A DNA stretch of 64,000 bases from an uncultured Clostridia bacterium. Lineage in GTDB: Bacteria > Bacillota > Clostridia > Christensenellales > CAG-917. Position numbers and translations under genes: made by a program. The notes below the pieces were generated by a model that did no database searches, was not told where the DNA came from, and saw only the letters and a list, made by a program, of their open reading frames with translations. Location of the stretch: contig CALWAF010000005.1 in assembly GCA_944372795.1 (NCBI GenBank), positions 489 through 64,488 on the forward strand. The letters are read 5' to 3'. Positions 50,501 to 59,789 of this stretch are shown one piece after another; the first letter of the stretch is position 1, and every line of letters begins with the position of its first letter.

Positions 50501-50856
50501 CAGAAGGAGTGTATCGTGCCTATGGACGCGGAGGAAAGCTGGTCTATGTTCCTGCGCAGAAACTCGCGCATGCTCCCGTCCGCAGCGCACGCCGCTTCGA
50601 AAAACGCCGTATGCAGCCTCTCTTTGAGCTCGTTCGCCGCCGCTTCGTTATACACCAGGATGAGCATCTCGGACACGGGGACGCCTCTCTCCGCCTCCGC
50701 GATTATCTTGCGCACCATGGTGGTGGTCTTGCCGCTGCCTGCCGAAGCGGAAACCAGCACTCTGCCTCTCTCGCCGAGCGCGGCTTTCTGCTGATCCGTC
50801 AAACCGTCCAACAGCCTTTTTGAAGGGAAATCGCCGAACGCAGTCTTTCTCTCCAT
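47524..50856 (-). CDS. addA: Helicase-exonuclease AddAB, subunit A (UvrD-type helicase + RecB-type nuclease)
   Basis: 1110 aa. Walker A SASAGSGKTTTMV, VDEYQDVNP, and a C-terminal nuclease region GVIDLLIDG..VIVDFK. It lies immediately downstream of addB. Confidence 0.9.
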   Translation of the reverse strand: MERKTAFGDFPSKRLLDGLTDQQKAALGERGRVLVSASAGSGKTTTMVRKIIAEAERGVPVSEMLILVYNEAAANELKERLHTAFFEAACAADGSMREFLRRNIDQLSSASIGTIHSFCRSLIKSNFERLGVSPAFDIIAEDMEAKYKSEAMDAVFSRCYKEGDVTFMRLADALTSSRKEDYLRDVVNTVYELVEIQPDRQGFMRRLKENYLAPDFGAYGEALAAGARRRAERWRSVLEDILPVLVSEGQKSYAAKSEAVIEALRGIRAADFPGVCRAVGDIVKTLSMSASKKRDSVSDEAETARVTLAAARTYFKNWAATFADREFLTKAHLQNAEFVGKLVDLVEMLDEEFSAAKRADDVMTYSDLEYFAAELVRNGDFRGRYSVVFVDEYQDVNPVQEFIIDSLLPDEAFMVGDVKQSIYAFRLADPEIFLGRKRRYESGKEGKALEFNANFRSVRPVLLLVNSVFDVAMTAETSGMDYLSEGHFAIGGEKKDVNGDILSGAAEVHLFSAPDEQARAYAKAVFIAEKLKQIVGKVTKENGAPISYEDCVILMRSRSAPVKRMARYLAAEGVPLDTSIFADDDDRAERELVRFLTVLDNPREDIPLAGFMLSWFGGFGEEELVLIADKRPKGGDFYDAVLAAAQEDSALGKKTARMLDMLASYRLKASFKSVPDLLQGIVSDFSYDAYVQAMGWGGAERVSAFVAEKTGKDPYMGIGRFLAAYKAAAGVKKKRKTGTGGNKVRFATYHAYKGLEAPVVFIADADHKPSSRPGRRDVMTDNRGFVGMTYFDFDCRTKKKALSLYALEEMNSESERRDELRMYYVALTRAKQYLYIMGDHDGEASFGRRKAADAPITILDHIKEACYAGKTFAIHRHEFDDVAPDVTAAKELVLPENGRAEDIAAIRRAVGRRYPYRAATGLAMKYSVSALDGGGDEVTLGAFADRADEGIAYHKVMEHIDFAAQGRDGVERELDAMVASGAITEKERAEVDADAVARCLAHPVMQLARESVCHREKSFLMYVPAKEVGAASTEDRVLVQGVIDLLIDGRERVIVDFKNSALRSAEALEKYKKQLNLYKKAVESSFSGKVDRILLYSFKTGDIVELEKEG

Positions 50857-53800
50857 TTACAGCTCCTCCTCTTCTGCGTGCGGCATGAGCAGCGCACGGG
50901 TCGTTTCGGGGTCGAAATCGTCCACGCCGACGGAGCCCGTCGAAATGCCGTTCGCGCCGTGCTGCCAGGCGCATATGCCCGAATAAGCGCAGTAGACGCA
51001 CTCGCCTTTCAGAGCGTCGGGTGCGATGTTGCCGTACTCTATCTCCTCCGCTCCGTCGCGCGCGAGCGCCTCGACGTATTTGCCTATCCTTCTAAGTTGT
51101 TCGGGGGTGACATGCACGGGCGGCGCCAAACTGCCGTCGCGTGCGCGTTTAGAGGGGATGATGCACCTTTCGTCATCCTCTCCGAACAGCGGATCCATGG
51201 CGCGCGCCTCCTCTTCGTCGTTCACCAGACTGCCCGTGTAGCGCAGTTCCGCGGCGGAAGTTTCGAAATCGAAGGAGAGCGGAAGATAGAACACTCCCAC
51301 CGGGGTCATGCCCGTGTCCTCCGCGATGGTCTGCATATAGAGATACAGCTGTATCTTTTTACCGGAATAGACGTCCGCAAAAGCAGGTTCCGCCCTTTTT
51401 CCCGTCTTGTAGTCCACCACAAAGAACTTGTCGCCGCGCGCATCCACCCTGTCCACTCTGCCGCGCAGTTCCGTCACTTCCTCCCCCACGCGGAGTTTGA
51501 GAGAAGGCAATTCCTTTCCGCCTATGTACGCTTCGATGTACAGCGGCTTATACTCCGACCTCTGCACCGCGTCGAACAGCTTTCGGCAAGCGGTCACGGC
51601 TTCGCGGCGCAGCCTCTCGAACGCGCGCACTGCGCCGGGATCGTCCATCGCGGCGGTCGCCACCTTATCCTCTTCAAGCGCGGCGTCGAAAATGCGCTCC
51701 ACCTCCGCGCGCACCTTGTCTGCGGTCATCGCCCCGCGTTTGACCAGCTTGAAAAACTTTTCCAGCACGGCGTGCATCAGGATGCCGAATATCCTGCCGT
51801 CCACGACGGCTTCCTCGCGCTCGTTGAGCCCGAGCGTGTAAGCGAAATAATATTTGTACGGGCAGGCGAAATAGGTTTCCAGCCTTGACGCGTCCGTCCG
51901 TCCTCTCATTCGTTTTACCGCGACATGCGCAGCCTCTCCGCCGACAGACGACACGGGATGCACCCTCCCGATCATGCGTTCGACGCGCGCGCGGTCCTCC
52001 TTGCCGAGCAGCGCGACCGCCGCCGCCGTCTTGTCGTCGGGGGCGGACAAACAGCGCAACGTCTCGAAAAGGCACGCCTGTTCGGTGGGACATCCGGCGC
52101 CGAGAGCGCGCGCTCTTTCCTCTTCTCCGAGCTCGTCGAGAGGGGGGAGTTCCGCCCTTTCAACGGACAGCGGCACGCCGTTTTCGGACAACATCCCTCT
52201 GAGCTCCGACACCACGGAGGACGGGCGCAGTTCGCCGGACGGGTCGCTCTCGGGGAAGCACACGGTGAGGGTGCCCTTGGGACGCTTCATGATCTCGGTC
52301 ACCGCCATGAGTTCCGCGTAAGTGCGCTGCATCGAGGTGGGCGTGACGGGCACGTCCAGCCTTTCCAGCAGCTCCTCGTCGCGCGGGGAAACTATCATCC
52401 CGCCCGACGCTCCCGCAGGCAGTTTGCCCACGTTGGCTCCGAGGATGTAGACGTCTCCGCCGCCCAGATAGCGGTTGGAAGTGCCGCCCACGTAAACGCA
52501 GTCCAGCCAAGTGGGGACGAGGGCGATCTTGACCGTCTGCACCGCGGACTTGAACATCCTCTCAAAGAAGGGTTCATCCCCAGCGGAGTCGATGGTGTCC
52601 GCAAGCTCGTCCAACAGCGAATTTATCTTTTCGTCCACTTGATCTGCACATTTTGCATAATAAAGGCTCGTTTCGGTGAGTTTCGCGATATGCTCGCGCC
52701 ATTCCTTCTCGAATGCGTCGAGGAATTTCCGCACCCTATCCACGAATTCTTCCGCACTCACTTCCCCCTTGAACGCAAGAGGTGCGAGCGCTTCCGCAAG
52801 CCTCATCCTGACCGCTTCCGCAGGCTCTCTTTCGCCGTCCTCTCCGAACTTGAACGGCTCCGCGAAGCGCGAGTGATCCACGTTGTAGCGCAGACAGTAG
52901 TTTTCAAAGCGGAACGCCGCATCCTCCCCTTCAGGGCACGCGCCGCAGAAGAGCGGGTTTTTGACCACTTCCATGACGTCGGCGCGGCGCAATCCGCTGC
53001 GCACGGCGGCGAGAGCGGCAAGCAGAAAGCGCGTCTTGGTCTGCTCCGAGAGCATCTCTCTGGTGTCGATGAAGAATGGGATGCCCGAGCGCAGGAATGC
53101 GCTTTTGAGCTCCGCCTTATATCCTTCCACGTCGGAGACCGCGACCTCGAAGTCGCGATATCTCCCGCCCGCGCGCACCTTGGAAACGATCTCGCGCATG
53201 AGGAAGTCGATCTCTTCCGTGCGGGTGCGGGCGGCAACGAGGCGCACCTTCCCCGCGCACTCCGTCCTTTCCTCCGGAGGCTCGTAGGAGAAGAGCCTGC
53301 GGGAGATGACGTCGAGGGCGGGGTGCAGCGTCTCGTGCGTGCGTTCGATCTCCCCTCCCCCGCAGGCGGCGATGAGCCTGTCCGCCGCGGCGTCGCAATA
53401 TATCCTTTCGTTGGGACCTCCCCGTCCTCCGACCATGCCCACCGTAAGGGAGAGCGCGGACTTTGCAAGCCCGGCAAGGATGTCGAGCTCCGGGGACTTG
53501 AAATCGTAGAAATCCACCACATAAAAGTGCGCCGGCACCGCGCCCCCCTCTTTCAGCCACGCCGCGTACGCCTCGAGGCGGGTGGTGGAATCGCTGTGGC
53601 GCTTGCCGAGCGCAGACACATAGCTGTCGAAGATGAGCGCCATATCGGCGAATTTTCCCCTCACGTTCTCGGGTGCGCGCCTTGCCGCATCGCGCAGTTT
53701 TTCGGGGGTGATGCCGCTGTTGCGAAGGGCGGTGAGGGCGGCGTATATCTCTTCGGCGAAGCCGTTCGCTCTTGCCGCTTTGGAATAGTAGACCAGCCCG

Positions 53801-54090
53801 CCGCGGTTTTCCTCGATGACCTTGGCAAGCAGCATGACGGAGCCCTGCGGGGTGAGGCACTTCTTTATCTTCGCGCCCATGCTCTTTTCGGCGAGGCGCG
53901 TGAAGGAAGTCACGCTGACGTTGAACACCGAGGACAGCCCGAGAGTGGCGATGACGCCGCGCTCGGAAGAGGCGGTGAAGCCGTCGGGAACGATGACGAT
54001 GTGCTCGCCGCCCGAAGGGAGCCGCTTCTTCAATTCCGCAAGGACGCGGTGATAGGCGTCGTGCGCCGTGTTGGAAAAAATCATTTTCAT
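50857..54090 (-). CDS. addB: Helicase-exonuclease AddAB, subunit B
   Basis: 1077 aa. The C-terminal nuclease/Fe-S module has the Cys pattern FACPYKYYF ... CVYCAYSGIC. It abuts addA with no gap. Confidence 0.9.
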   Translation of the reverse strand: MKMIFSNTAHDAYHRVLAELKKRLPSGGEHIVIVPDGFTASSERGVIATLGLSSVFNVSVTSFTRLAEKSMGAKIKKCLTPQGSVMLLAKVIEENRGGLVYYSKAARANGFAEEIYAALTALRNSGITPEKLRDAARRAPENVRGKFADMALIFDSYVSALGKRHSDSTTRLEAYAAWLKEGGAVPAHFYVVDFYDFKSPELDILAGLAKSALSLTVGMVGGRGGPNERIYCDAAADRLIAACGGGEIERTHETLHPALDVISRRLFSYEPPEERTECAGKVRLVAARTRTEEIDFLMREIVSKVRAGGRYRDFEVAVSDVEGYKAELKSAFLRSGIPFFIDTREMLSEQTKTRFLLAALAAVRSGLRRADVMEVVKNPLFCGACPEGEDAAFRFENYCLRYNVDHSRFAEPFKFGEDGEREPAEAVRMRLAEALAPLAFKGEVSAEEFVDRVRKFLDAFEKEWREHIAKLTETSLYYAKCADQVDEKINSLLDELADTIDSAGDEPFFERMFKSAVQTVKIALVPTWLDCVYVGGTSNRYLGGGDVYILGANVGKLPAGASGGMIVSPRDEELLERLDVPVTPTSMQRTYAELMAVTEIMKRPKGTLTVCFPESDPSGELRPSSVVSELRGMLSENGVPLSVERAELPPLDELGEEERARALGAGCPTEQACLFETLRCLSAPDDKTAAAVALLGKEDRARVERMIGRVHPVSSVGGEAAHVAVKRMRGRTDASRLETYFACPYKYYFAYTLGLNEREEAVVDGRIFGILMHAVLEKFFKLVKRGAMTADKVRAEVERIFDAALEEDKVATAAMDDPGAVRAFERLRREAVTACRKLFDAVQRSEYKPLYIEAYIGGKELPSLKLRVGEEVTELRGRVDRVDARGDKFFVVDYKTGKRAEPAFADVYSGKKIQLYLYMQTIAEDTGMTPVGVFYLPLSFDFETSAAELRYTGSLVNDEEEARAMDPLFGEDDERCIIPSKRARDGSLAPPVHVTPEQLRRIGKYVEALARDGAEEIEYGNIAPDALKGECVYCAYSGICAWQHGANGISTGSVGVDDFDPETTRALLMPHAEEEEL

Positions 54091-54238
54091 ACCAGCAGTA
54101 TATCACGCCTCGCGTCCCGTTTCAAGGACAAGGACGCTATGCGGGGACAGATATGTCCCTGCATCATTCCCCATATTTTCCGCACTTTGGGCAAATCCGT
54201 TGCTCCGCGGGCGCATTTCGGTTATAATCTTGTATACT

Positions 54239-55249
54239 ATGAAAAAGATCGCATCATTGACCGCACTCATAATCGTGATCGCCGCATTTGCGGTGACGTT
54301 TGCCGCGTGCAACAACGCCACCACGCAGGGACAGCTCGTCGACGCATGGAAGGAAGGCCGTCCGTACGAGAAGTACACCTACGTTGTAGACGACAGCGCG
54401 ACGGAAGGCACCGAAGGCACCTATGTCAGCGAGATCATCTATCACGCCGCCTACAACGCGGACACCAACCCCGAAAAGGTGGACGTCGGCGACAACACTC
54501 TGGAACAGCGCGAAGGCTATCTCATCCGCAGCACCCTCAACGCCACCCTTGACGGCAAGACGTACCGCTATGTGACGGAGTGCTACTTCTCCCTCACCAA
54601 CGGCACCAACTATCTGCTGCCCTCCGCAACGTACAGAAGCGAAACGGTGGACGACACCGAAGTGCTGAAGATGAACGGCGTCTACAACGGCAACAGCCTC
54701 TCATACACCCTCGTCGCGGACGGCGAAACGAAGTCGGGCAGCATCGGGCTCGGCTCCGTGTTCTACGACAACAACGAGTTCCACCAGAGCCTGCGCGGCG
54801 TGTCCACCTTCTCGTCCTCCTTCTCGTTCGCGTTCTCTACCGCAGTGGTGAACGCCACCGAGCAGGCGGCAGCCTCCCTCTCTTTTGTGGTGAGCGGCAC
54901 CGAAAACATCGAGAAGCTCGCATTCCCCTCCGTGGGCGTGAACGAAGAGGGCAACGAGATCGGCTCCGAGAGCACCTCTCTCAACTGCTATGTCGCCTCT
55001 CTCTCCCGCTCCACCACGGTCGCGGGCGCGTCCCAGAAGCTCTACTACACCGTCGATCCCGTCTATGCGGCGACGGACGAGGAAGGCACCGTCACCAACA
55101 TCGCCACCTACGACAACGGCTGGTGGGCTCTCCCCCATGTGCTCGTGCGCATAGTCGAGCCCTACAACGACGCGGACGGAAACGCGCAGTCCGTGACCTA
55201 CACCCTCTCGGACATCTCCCTCATCCCGCCCGCGGACAGCGCGGAATAA
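54239..55249 (+). CDS. Lipoprotein, unknown function
   Basis: ATG 54239 is internal to tracked ORF 54068..55249. MKKIASLTALIIVIAAFAVTFAAC is a signal peptide with a lipobox. Length is 336 aa. Confidence 0.75.
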   Translation: MKKIASLTALIIVIAAFAVTFAACNNATTQGQLVDAWKEGRPYEKYTYVVDDSATEGTEGTYVSEIIYHAAYNADTNPEKVDVGDNTLEQREGYLIRSTLNATLDGKTYRYVTECYFSLTNGTNYLLPSATYRSETVDDTEVLKMNGVYNGNSLSYTLVADGETKSGSIGLGSVFYDNNEFHQSLRGVSTFSSSFSFAFSTAVVNATEQAAASLSFVVSGTENIEKLAFPSVGVNEEGNEIGSESTSLNCYVASLSRSTTVAGASQKLYYTVDPVYAATDEEGTVTNIATYDNGWWALPHVLVRIVEPYNDADGNAQSVTYTLSDISLIPPADSAE

Positions 55250-55472
55250 CGCGGAACGACCTGCAAAACGGGCACGGCGGACGCCGTGCCTTTTTTGTTT
55301 CACGCCGGCGCCGAAACCCGCACCGCGAAAACCGACGCGGCGAAGGACCGCCCGCGTCGGGGACTCCCGCCCGACGTCCGCCGCCATTCCCTGTTTTTTT
55401 CTTTTATATTTATATGTTTTTTTCTATTGCAAACCGAGGTTTACGAATATATAATGTAATCGACTTACGACC

Positions 55473-57368
55473 ATGAGACCGAAACTCGATCCCGCAAAGA
55501 AAAGGACCATAGCAAAATACGTTTTCCTCGCTGCGACCGTCATCGTGTGCGTGGGGCTTTGCATCGGATCGCTGCTGCCCGGCGACGCCTCGGCAGCCAC
55601 CAGCGATAACTTCGGCAACGCCCTCGACTCCACCCTCACCGACCTCGGCGACGACACCGTAAAGGACATCCCTCCCACCGACGTCGCGATCGGGCTTTAC
55701 GGCGCGGAGGCGGAAGAGGAACTGCACCTCTTCGTCGGCGAAAGCGCCTTGGCAGGCGCCGTATACACCCCCGCAGAGACCTCCGTGAACCACCGCAGAC
55801 CCGTGTGGACGTCCTCCGACCCCGCAGTCGTGAGCGTGGGTGCGGACGGAAGGATTGCGGGACTTGCACCCGGCGAGGCGGACGTCACCCTTTCTCTTGC
55901 GGACGACGCCGACGTCACCGACGTCCTGCACGTCGAAGTGCGCGAGGTCTACGCTCTGAACATCGACCTCACTTTCGCCGCAAGCGGCGAGAAGACTGCG
56001 GATATGCTCACGGGCACCTCTCTTATGCTCTCCTGCGCATTCGAGCCCGCAAACGTCACCGCCTCTGCGGCGGAGTTCCTCTCGTCCGACGACGACGTGG
56101 CTTCCGTGGACGCCGCGGGCGTGGTGCACGCGCTTTCGCCCGGTGAGAGCGAGATCACCGCGACTTACACCTCCCTTGACGGGAGCGTGACCTTCACGGA
56201 CACCGTCACCGTGTCCGTCACCGCCAATCCCGACCCGATCATGCCCGCAGAAAGCGTCACGGCGGATCTTGACGGCGCACAGGGACTGCACCGCGACGAG
56301 GACGGCACCCTCTTCGTCTACGCGGGCGAGACCGCCGTCATCCCCGTGTCTGTAACTCCATCAAATGCCACCGAAAGGAGCCTGCGCGCGACGACCACCG
56401 CGGGCGGCATATCCGCATCCGTCTCGGACGGAGAGCTCACCTTGACGGGCATCTCGAAATGCGCGGGCAGGGTGAGCGTCATCTCCCTTGACAGCGACAA
56501 CGTCCTGACCTCGTTCGACCTCGAAGTGCGCAACTCTTCCCTAGGCGCCGTGATGCTCTTCAACGGGACTCCTTTGGAGAGCGGCGAAGGCGGCTACTCC
56601 GCCTCCCTCACCGCGGGCGACACGGCGGATATACATATGGTGTCCGAAATCGACGGCGTCACTCTCTTCGTGTCCTACGCCACGTCGGACCCATCCGTTG
56701 CGAAGATATACAACGGCTCCCTCATCTCCCACAGCTCCTCCGAGCGGGGACAGGGCGGGGTGCTCACCGTGACCGTGACCGTCTCCGACTCCCCGGACTT
56801 TGCGGAGGGACACGGCAACATCACCGAGACTTACACCCTCTCCCTCAAGATCGCCCGCCAGCCATTCAGCACGGGGATGAGCAATTGGCTGCTCTTCATC
56901 CGCAAACTGTTCGGGCACTTCGGCGCGTTCATGTTCCTCGGCGTGCTCGCCTCCGTCACCTTCCTGCTGTTCAGCAACGGCAGCTGGCGCTCCCGCCTCA
57001 CGGCGTTTGCGGGCGCCGCCGTGTTCGGCTTCACGTTCGCGTGCCTCACGGAGCTGTTGCAGACAGACCTGTTCACCACGGGACGAGGCGCCTCCTTTGA
57101 CGACGTCATCACCGATTGCAGAGGCTACTTCCTCTCTGCGCTGCCCATCCTTGTAATATGCCTTGCCGTGCTTGCGGCAAAGGAGATATCTGCGGCAAGG
57201 AAATACGGCGCGCTGTTGAAGGAAAAGGGCGAATATCTCCGCCCCGCAGCCGTGGCAGCCGCCGACATCGAAGAGGCGGAAACTCCCGCCCGCGACAGAC
57301 AAAACGACGCTGCGCCCATCTCTCCCGACAAATCGGGCGACGAGGACGGAAACGTCACAAATACATAG
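55473..57368 (+). CDS. VanZ-family membrane protein with a Big_2-repeat ectodomain of about 440 aa inserted after the first TM helix
   Basis: N-terminal TM segment (YVFLAATVIVCVGLCIG). Big_2-like repeats (WTSSDPAVVSVGADGRIAGLAPGEADVTLS; LSSDDDVASVDAAGVVHALSPGESEITATY). C-terminal VanZ-like core (LFIRKLFGHFGAFMFLGVL ... FACLTELLQ ... GRGASFDDVITDCRGY). Confidence 0.8.
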   Translation: MRPKLDPAKKRTIAKYVFLAATVIVCVGLCIGSLLPGDASAATSDNFGNALDSTLTDLGDDTVKDIPPTDVAIGLYGAEAEEELHLFVGESALAGAVYTPAETSVNHRRPVWTSSDPAVVSVGADGRIAGLAPGEADVTLSLADDADVTDVLHVEVREVYALNIDLTFAASGEKTADMLTGTSLMLSCAFEPANVTASAAEFLSSDDDVASVDAAGVVHALSPGESEITATYTSLDGSVTFTDTVTVSVTANPDPIMPAESVTADLDGAQGLHRDEDGTLFVYAGETAVIPVSVTPSNATERSLRATTTAGGISASVSDGELTLTGISKCAGRVSVISLDSDNVLTSFDLEVRNSSLGAVMLFNGTPLESGEGGYSASLTAGDTADIHMVSEIDGVTLFVSYATSDPSVAKIYNGSLISHSSSERGQGGVLTVTVTVSDSPDFAEGHGNITETYTLSLKIARQPFSTGMSNWLLFIRKLFGHFGAFMFLGVLASVTFLLFSNGSWRSRLTAFAGAAVFGFTFACLTELLQTDLFTTGRGASFDDVITDCRGYFLSALPILVICLAVLAAKEISAARKYGALLKEKGEYLRPAAVAAADIEEAETPARDRQNDAAPISPDKSGDEDGNVTNT

Positions 57369-57427
57369 TTGAAACGTCAAATTTTATGCGTTAAACATCC
57401 CCTTTTGCGACATCGCGAAAGGGGTTT

Positions 57428-58150
57428 TTATTTCCCGAGCCCCAGATAGCGGCATATCTCGGCAAGACTTTCGGTGGGATGACGCGCCTCTTCCAGCGAG
57501 AAAGCCGCGCCCTCTTCCCCCGCCGCGCACGAGGCTTTGGCGTCCCCGCGCGAGGCGCTTTTCGCCTCGGCAAGTTTCGCCTCCCTGTCCTTGCGCTCCG
57601 CCGCCTGCACCAGCTTTTCACGCAGCTCCCGCACCCCCTCGTCCTCTTCGGAAAGCCTCTCCGCCTCCTCCTTGAACGCCTCCTCGGTGTCTTCTGCGGG
57701 GATACCCTTGTCCAGCGAAAAATCGTGGGCGAGGAAACGCTCCAGCTCCAGCTTGACGGACACCGCCACGCTCTCCATGTTCAGGGTGTCATTGGCAAAC
57801 CCGTAGCGTTGTTTTATCTCCTCGTACGCACCCGTCCATTTTGCGCGGAAGAGTTTCAGCCTCTCCAGCTCCATGGCATAGCGCAGTTTGACGTCCAGCA
57901 CGGTTTTCTCCGCCTGCTCGCTCGCCGTGATGAGCGCGCTCTTGATCTGCTCCTCTCTGCCGCGATAGACGTCAAGTTCCTCCGAAAGCCTGTCGCACTG
58001 CGCCTTGAGGACGCGGATGCGCTCCTTTTGTTCCAGCCCCGCCCTGTCCGCCTTTTCGCGCTCGAGGGAGATGTACGCCTCCACGGACTCCACGTCGTAA
58101 CCGCGGCGCACTATGGCGAAACGCGGCTGCATTTTATTCTTCTTTTTCAT
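57428..58150 (-). CDS. DivIVA-domain coiled-coil protein
   Basis: ATG 58150 (MKKKNKMQPRFAIVRRGYDVESVEAYI). The F..RGYD..EV motif is followed by a long coiled-coil. Confidence 0.7.
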   Translation of the reverse strand: MKKKNKMQPRFAIVRRGYDVESVEAYISLEREKADRAGLEQKERIRVLKAQCDRLSEELDVYRGREEQIKSALITASEQAEKTVLDVKLRYAMELERLKLFRAKWTGAYEEIKQRYGFANDTLNMESVAVSVKLELERFLAHDFSLDKGIPAEDTEEAFKEEAERLSEEDEGVRELREKLVQAAERKDREAKLAEAKSASRGDAKASCAAGEEGAAFSLEEARHPTESLAEICRYLGLGK

Positions 58151-58346
58151 GCGCTCTCCTTCGGGGAAGGCGAGGTATGCCCTCCCGCCGAGCACCCATT
58201 ATACACCGCGCGCGGGCGGGAAATTGCGCGGGCATGGGCGAATGCGGACGAATTTTGGCATAAGCGAAAACGGGCAAAACGACCATCGAAAAGGACAAAA
58301 TAAAACCCGCGGACATTTTGTCCGCGGGGCATATGGCGTGTGACGG

Positions 58347-59789
58347 TCAGCCCTGCGCTCTTTCGGCGAGCAACTCCTGCTTCAGATCCCACAGCTTCTT
58401 GCTGAGGTCCACCTTGTAGTACTGCGTGTTGACCACGCGCTTATATTCGGGGAAGAACTCCGCCTTGGACTCGTCGTGATGTCTGCCTATCTCCTCGAGG
58501 GTGGGCATCTCGCGCACGAGCTCGCCGTCCTTTATGACCTCGACGGGCAGCTCCTTCACGGTGAAATCCTTGAAAGTGGTGCGCTTCCACGTCTGCTCGG
58601 GGTGGAAGACGGTGAGGGGACGGGAGGTGTCTATCACCTCGTCTTCAAGGCAGATAAGATCCGCCGCCGCCATGCCGCCGCGATAGATGCGCACCGTCTT
58701 TTTGACACCGGGGTCGGTGGTCTTGTCGTGGCTGTCCGACACCTTGATCTTGGGCACGATCATGCCCTCCTCTTCCACGGCACAGAGCTTGTACACTCCG
58801 CCGAGAGAGGCGTTGGAAAAGCTGGTGATGAGCTTGGTGCCTATGCCGTAGACGTCTATCTTCGCGTCCTGCGAATTGAGAGCGAGCAACACGTTCTCGT
58901 CTATGTCGTTGGAGGCGAATATCTTGCAGTCGGAGTGACCCGCCGCGTCCAGCATCTTGCGTGCCTCGCGGCTGAGATAGGCAAGGTCGCCGCTGTCCAG
59001 CCTGATGCCGACGGGCTTGTGCCCTTCCGCCTTCAGGCGGTCGAACACCTTTATTGCATTGGGGACGCCGCTCTTCAGGGTGTCGTAGGTGTCCACGAGA
59101 AGGAGGCAGTTGTCGGGATATATCTCGGCATACGCCTGAAACGCCTCGAGCTCGGTGGGAAAGGTCATCACCCAGCTGTGGGAGTGCGTGCCCGCCACCG
59201 CGATGCCGAACATCTCCCCCGCAAGCACGTTGGACGTGGAGCGGCAGCCGCCGATATATGCTGCACGCGCGCCGTAAGTGCCGGCGTCCGGTCCCTGCGC
59301 ACGACGGAGCCCGAACTCCAATATCTTCGCGTCCGTGCACGCGGCGAGCCTCGCCGCAGTGGTGGCGATGAGCGTCTGATGATTGACGATGGTAAGGAGC
59401 GCCGTCTCGATGATCTGCGCCTCGAAGATGGGCGCCGACACCGTGAGGATGGGCTCGGACGGGAAGATCATCGTCCCTTCCGGTATAGCTTTAAGGTCGC
59501 CCGTGAAACGGAAGGTTTTGAGCCTCGCAAGGAAGTTTTCCGGGAAAATACCCAGCGACCGCAGATAAGCGATGTCTTTCTCCTCGAAGCGCAGGTCGCG
59601 AAGATACTGCACCGCCTGTTCCAGTCCCGCCGCCACGGCGTAGGAATAGCCGCCGCTGCCGCGGTAAAAGAGGTCGAACACCGCCCTCTTTTCGCTCACG
59701 CCCTTTTGGAGATAGCCGTTTGCCATAGTGAGTTGATAGAGGTCGGTGAGCATGGTGAGATTGCGCTCACCGGAGAGTGGCGAGATCAT
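58347..59789 (-). CDS. pncB: Nicotinate phosphoribosyltransferase
   Basis: ATG 59789 (MISPLSGERNLTMLTDLYQLTMANGY), 480 aa. Its start overlaps the lgt stop (ATGA). Confidence 0.9.
   Translation of the reverse strand: MISPLSGERNLTMLTDLYQLTMANGYLQKGVSEKRAVFDLFYRGSGGYSYAVAAGLEQAVQYLRDLRFEEKDIAYLRSLGIFPENFLARLKTFRFTGDLKAIPEGTMIFPSEPILTVSAPIFEAQIIETALLTIVNHQTLIATTAARLAACTDAKILEFGLRRAQGPDAGTYGARAAYIGGCRSTSNVLAGEMFGIAVAGTHSHSWVMTFPTELEAFQAYAEIYPDNCLLLVDTYDTLKSGVPNAIKVFDRLKAEGHKPVGIRLDSGDLAYLSREARKMLDAAGHSDCKIFASNDIDENVLLALNSQDAKIDVYGIGTKLITSFSNASLGGVYKLCAVEEEGMIVPKIKVSDSHDKTTDPGVKKTVRIYRGGMAAADLICLEDEVIDTSRPLTVFHPEQTWKRTTFKDFTVKELPVEVIKDGELVREMPTLEEIGRHHDESKAEFFPEYKRVVNTQYYKVDLSKKLWDLKQELLAERAQG

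Noticed and set aside
51925-54552. An 875-aa top-strand ORF, and similar antisense ORFs at 6351-7805, 3041-4627 (-), 19402-20325 (-), 34848-36029 (-) and 61860-63752 (-)
   Set aside because: Each lies opposite a gene with strong motif support (addB, polA, the SGNH hydrolase, the antiporter, dnaI, galT). None has a plausible RBS or a recognisable domain.
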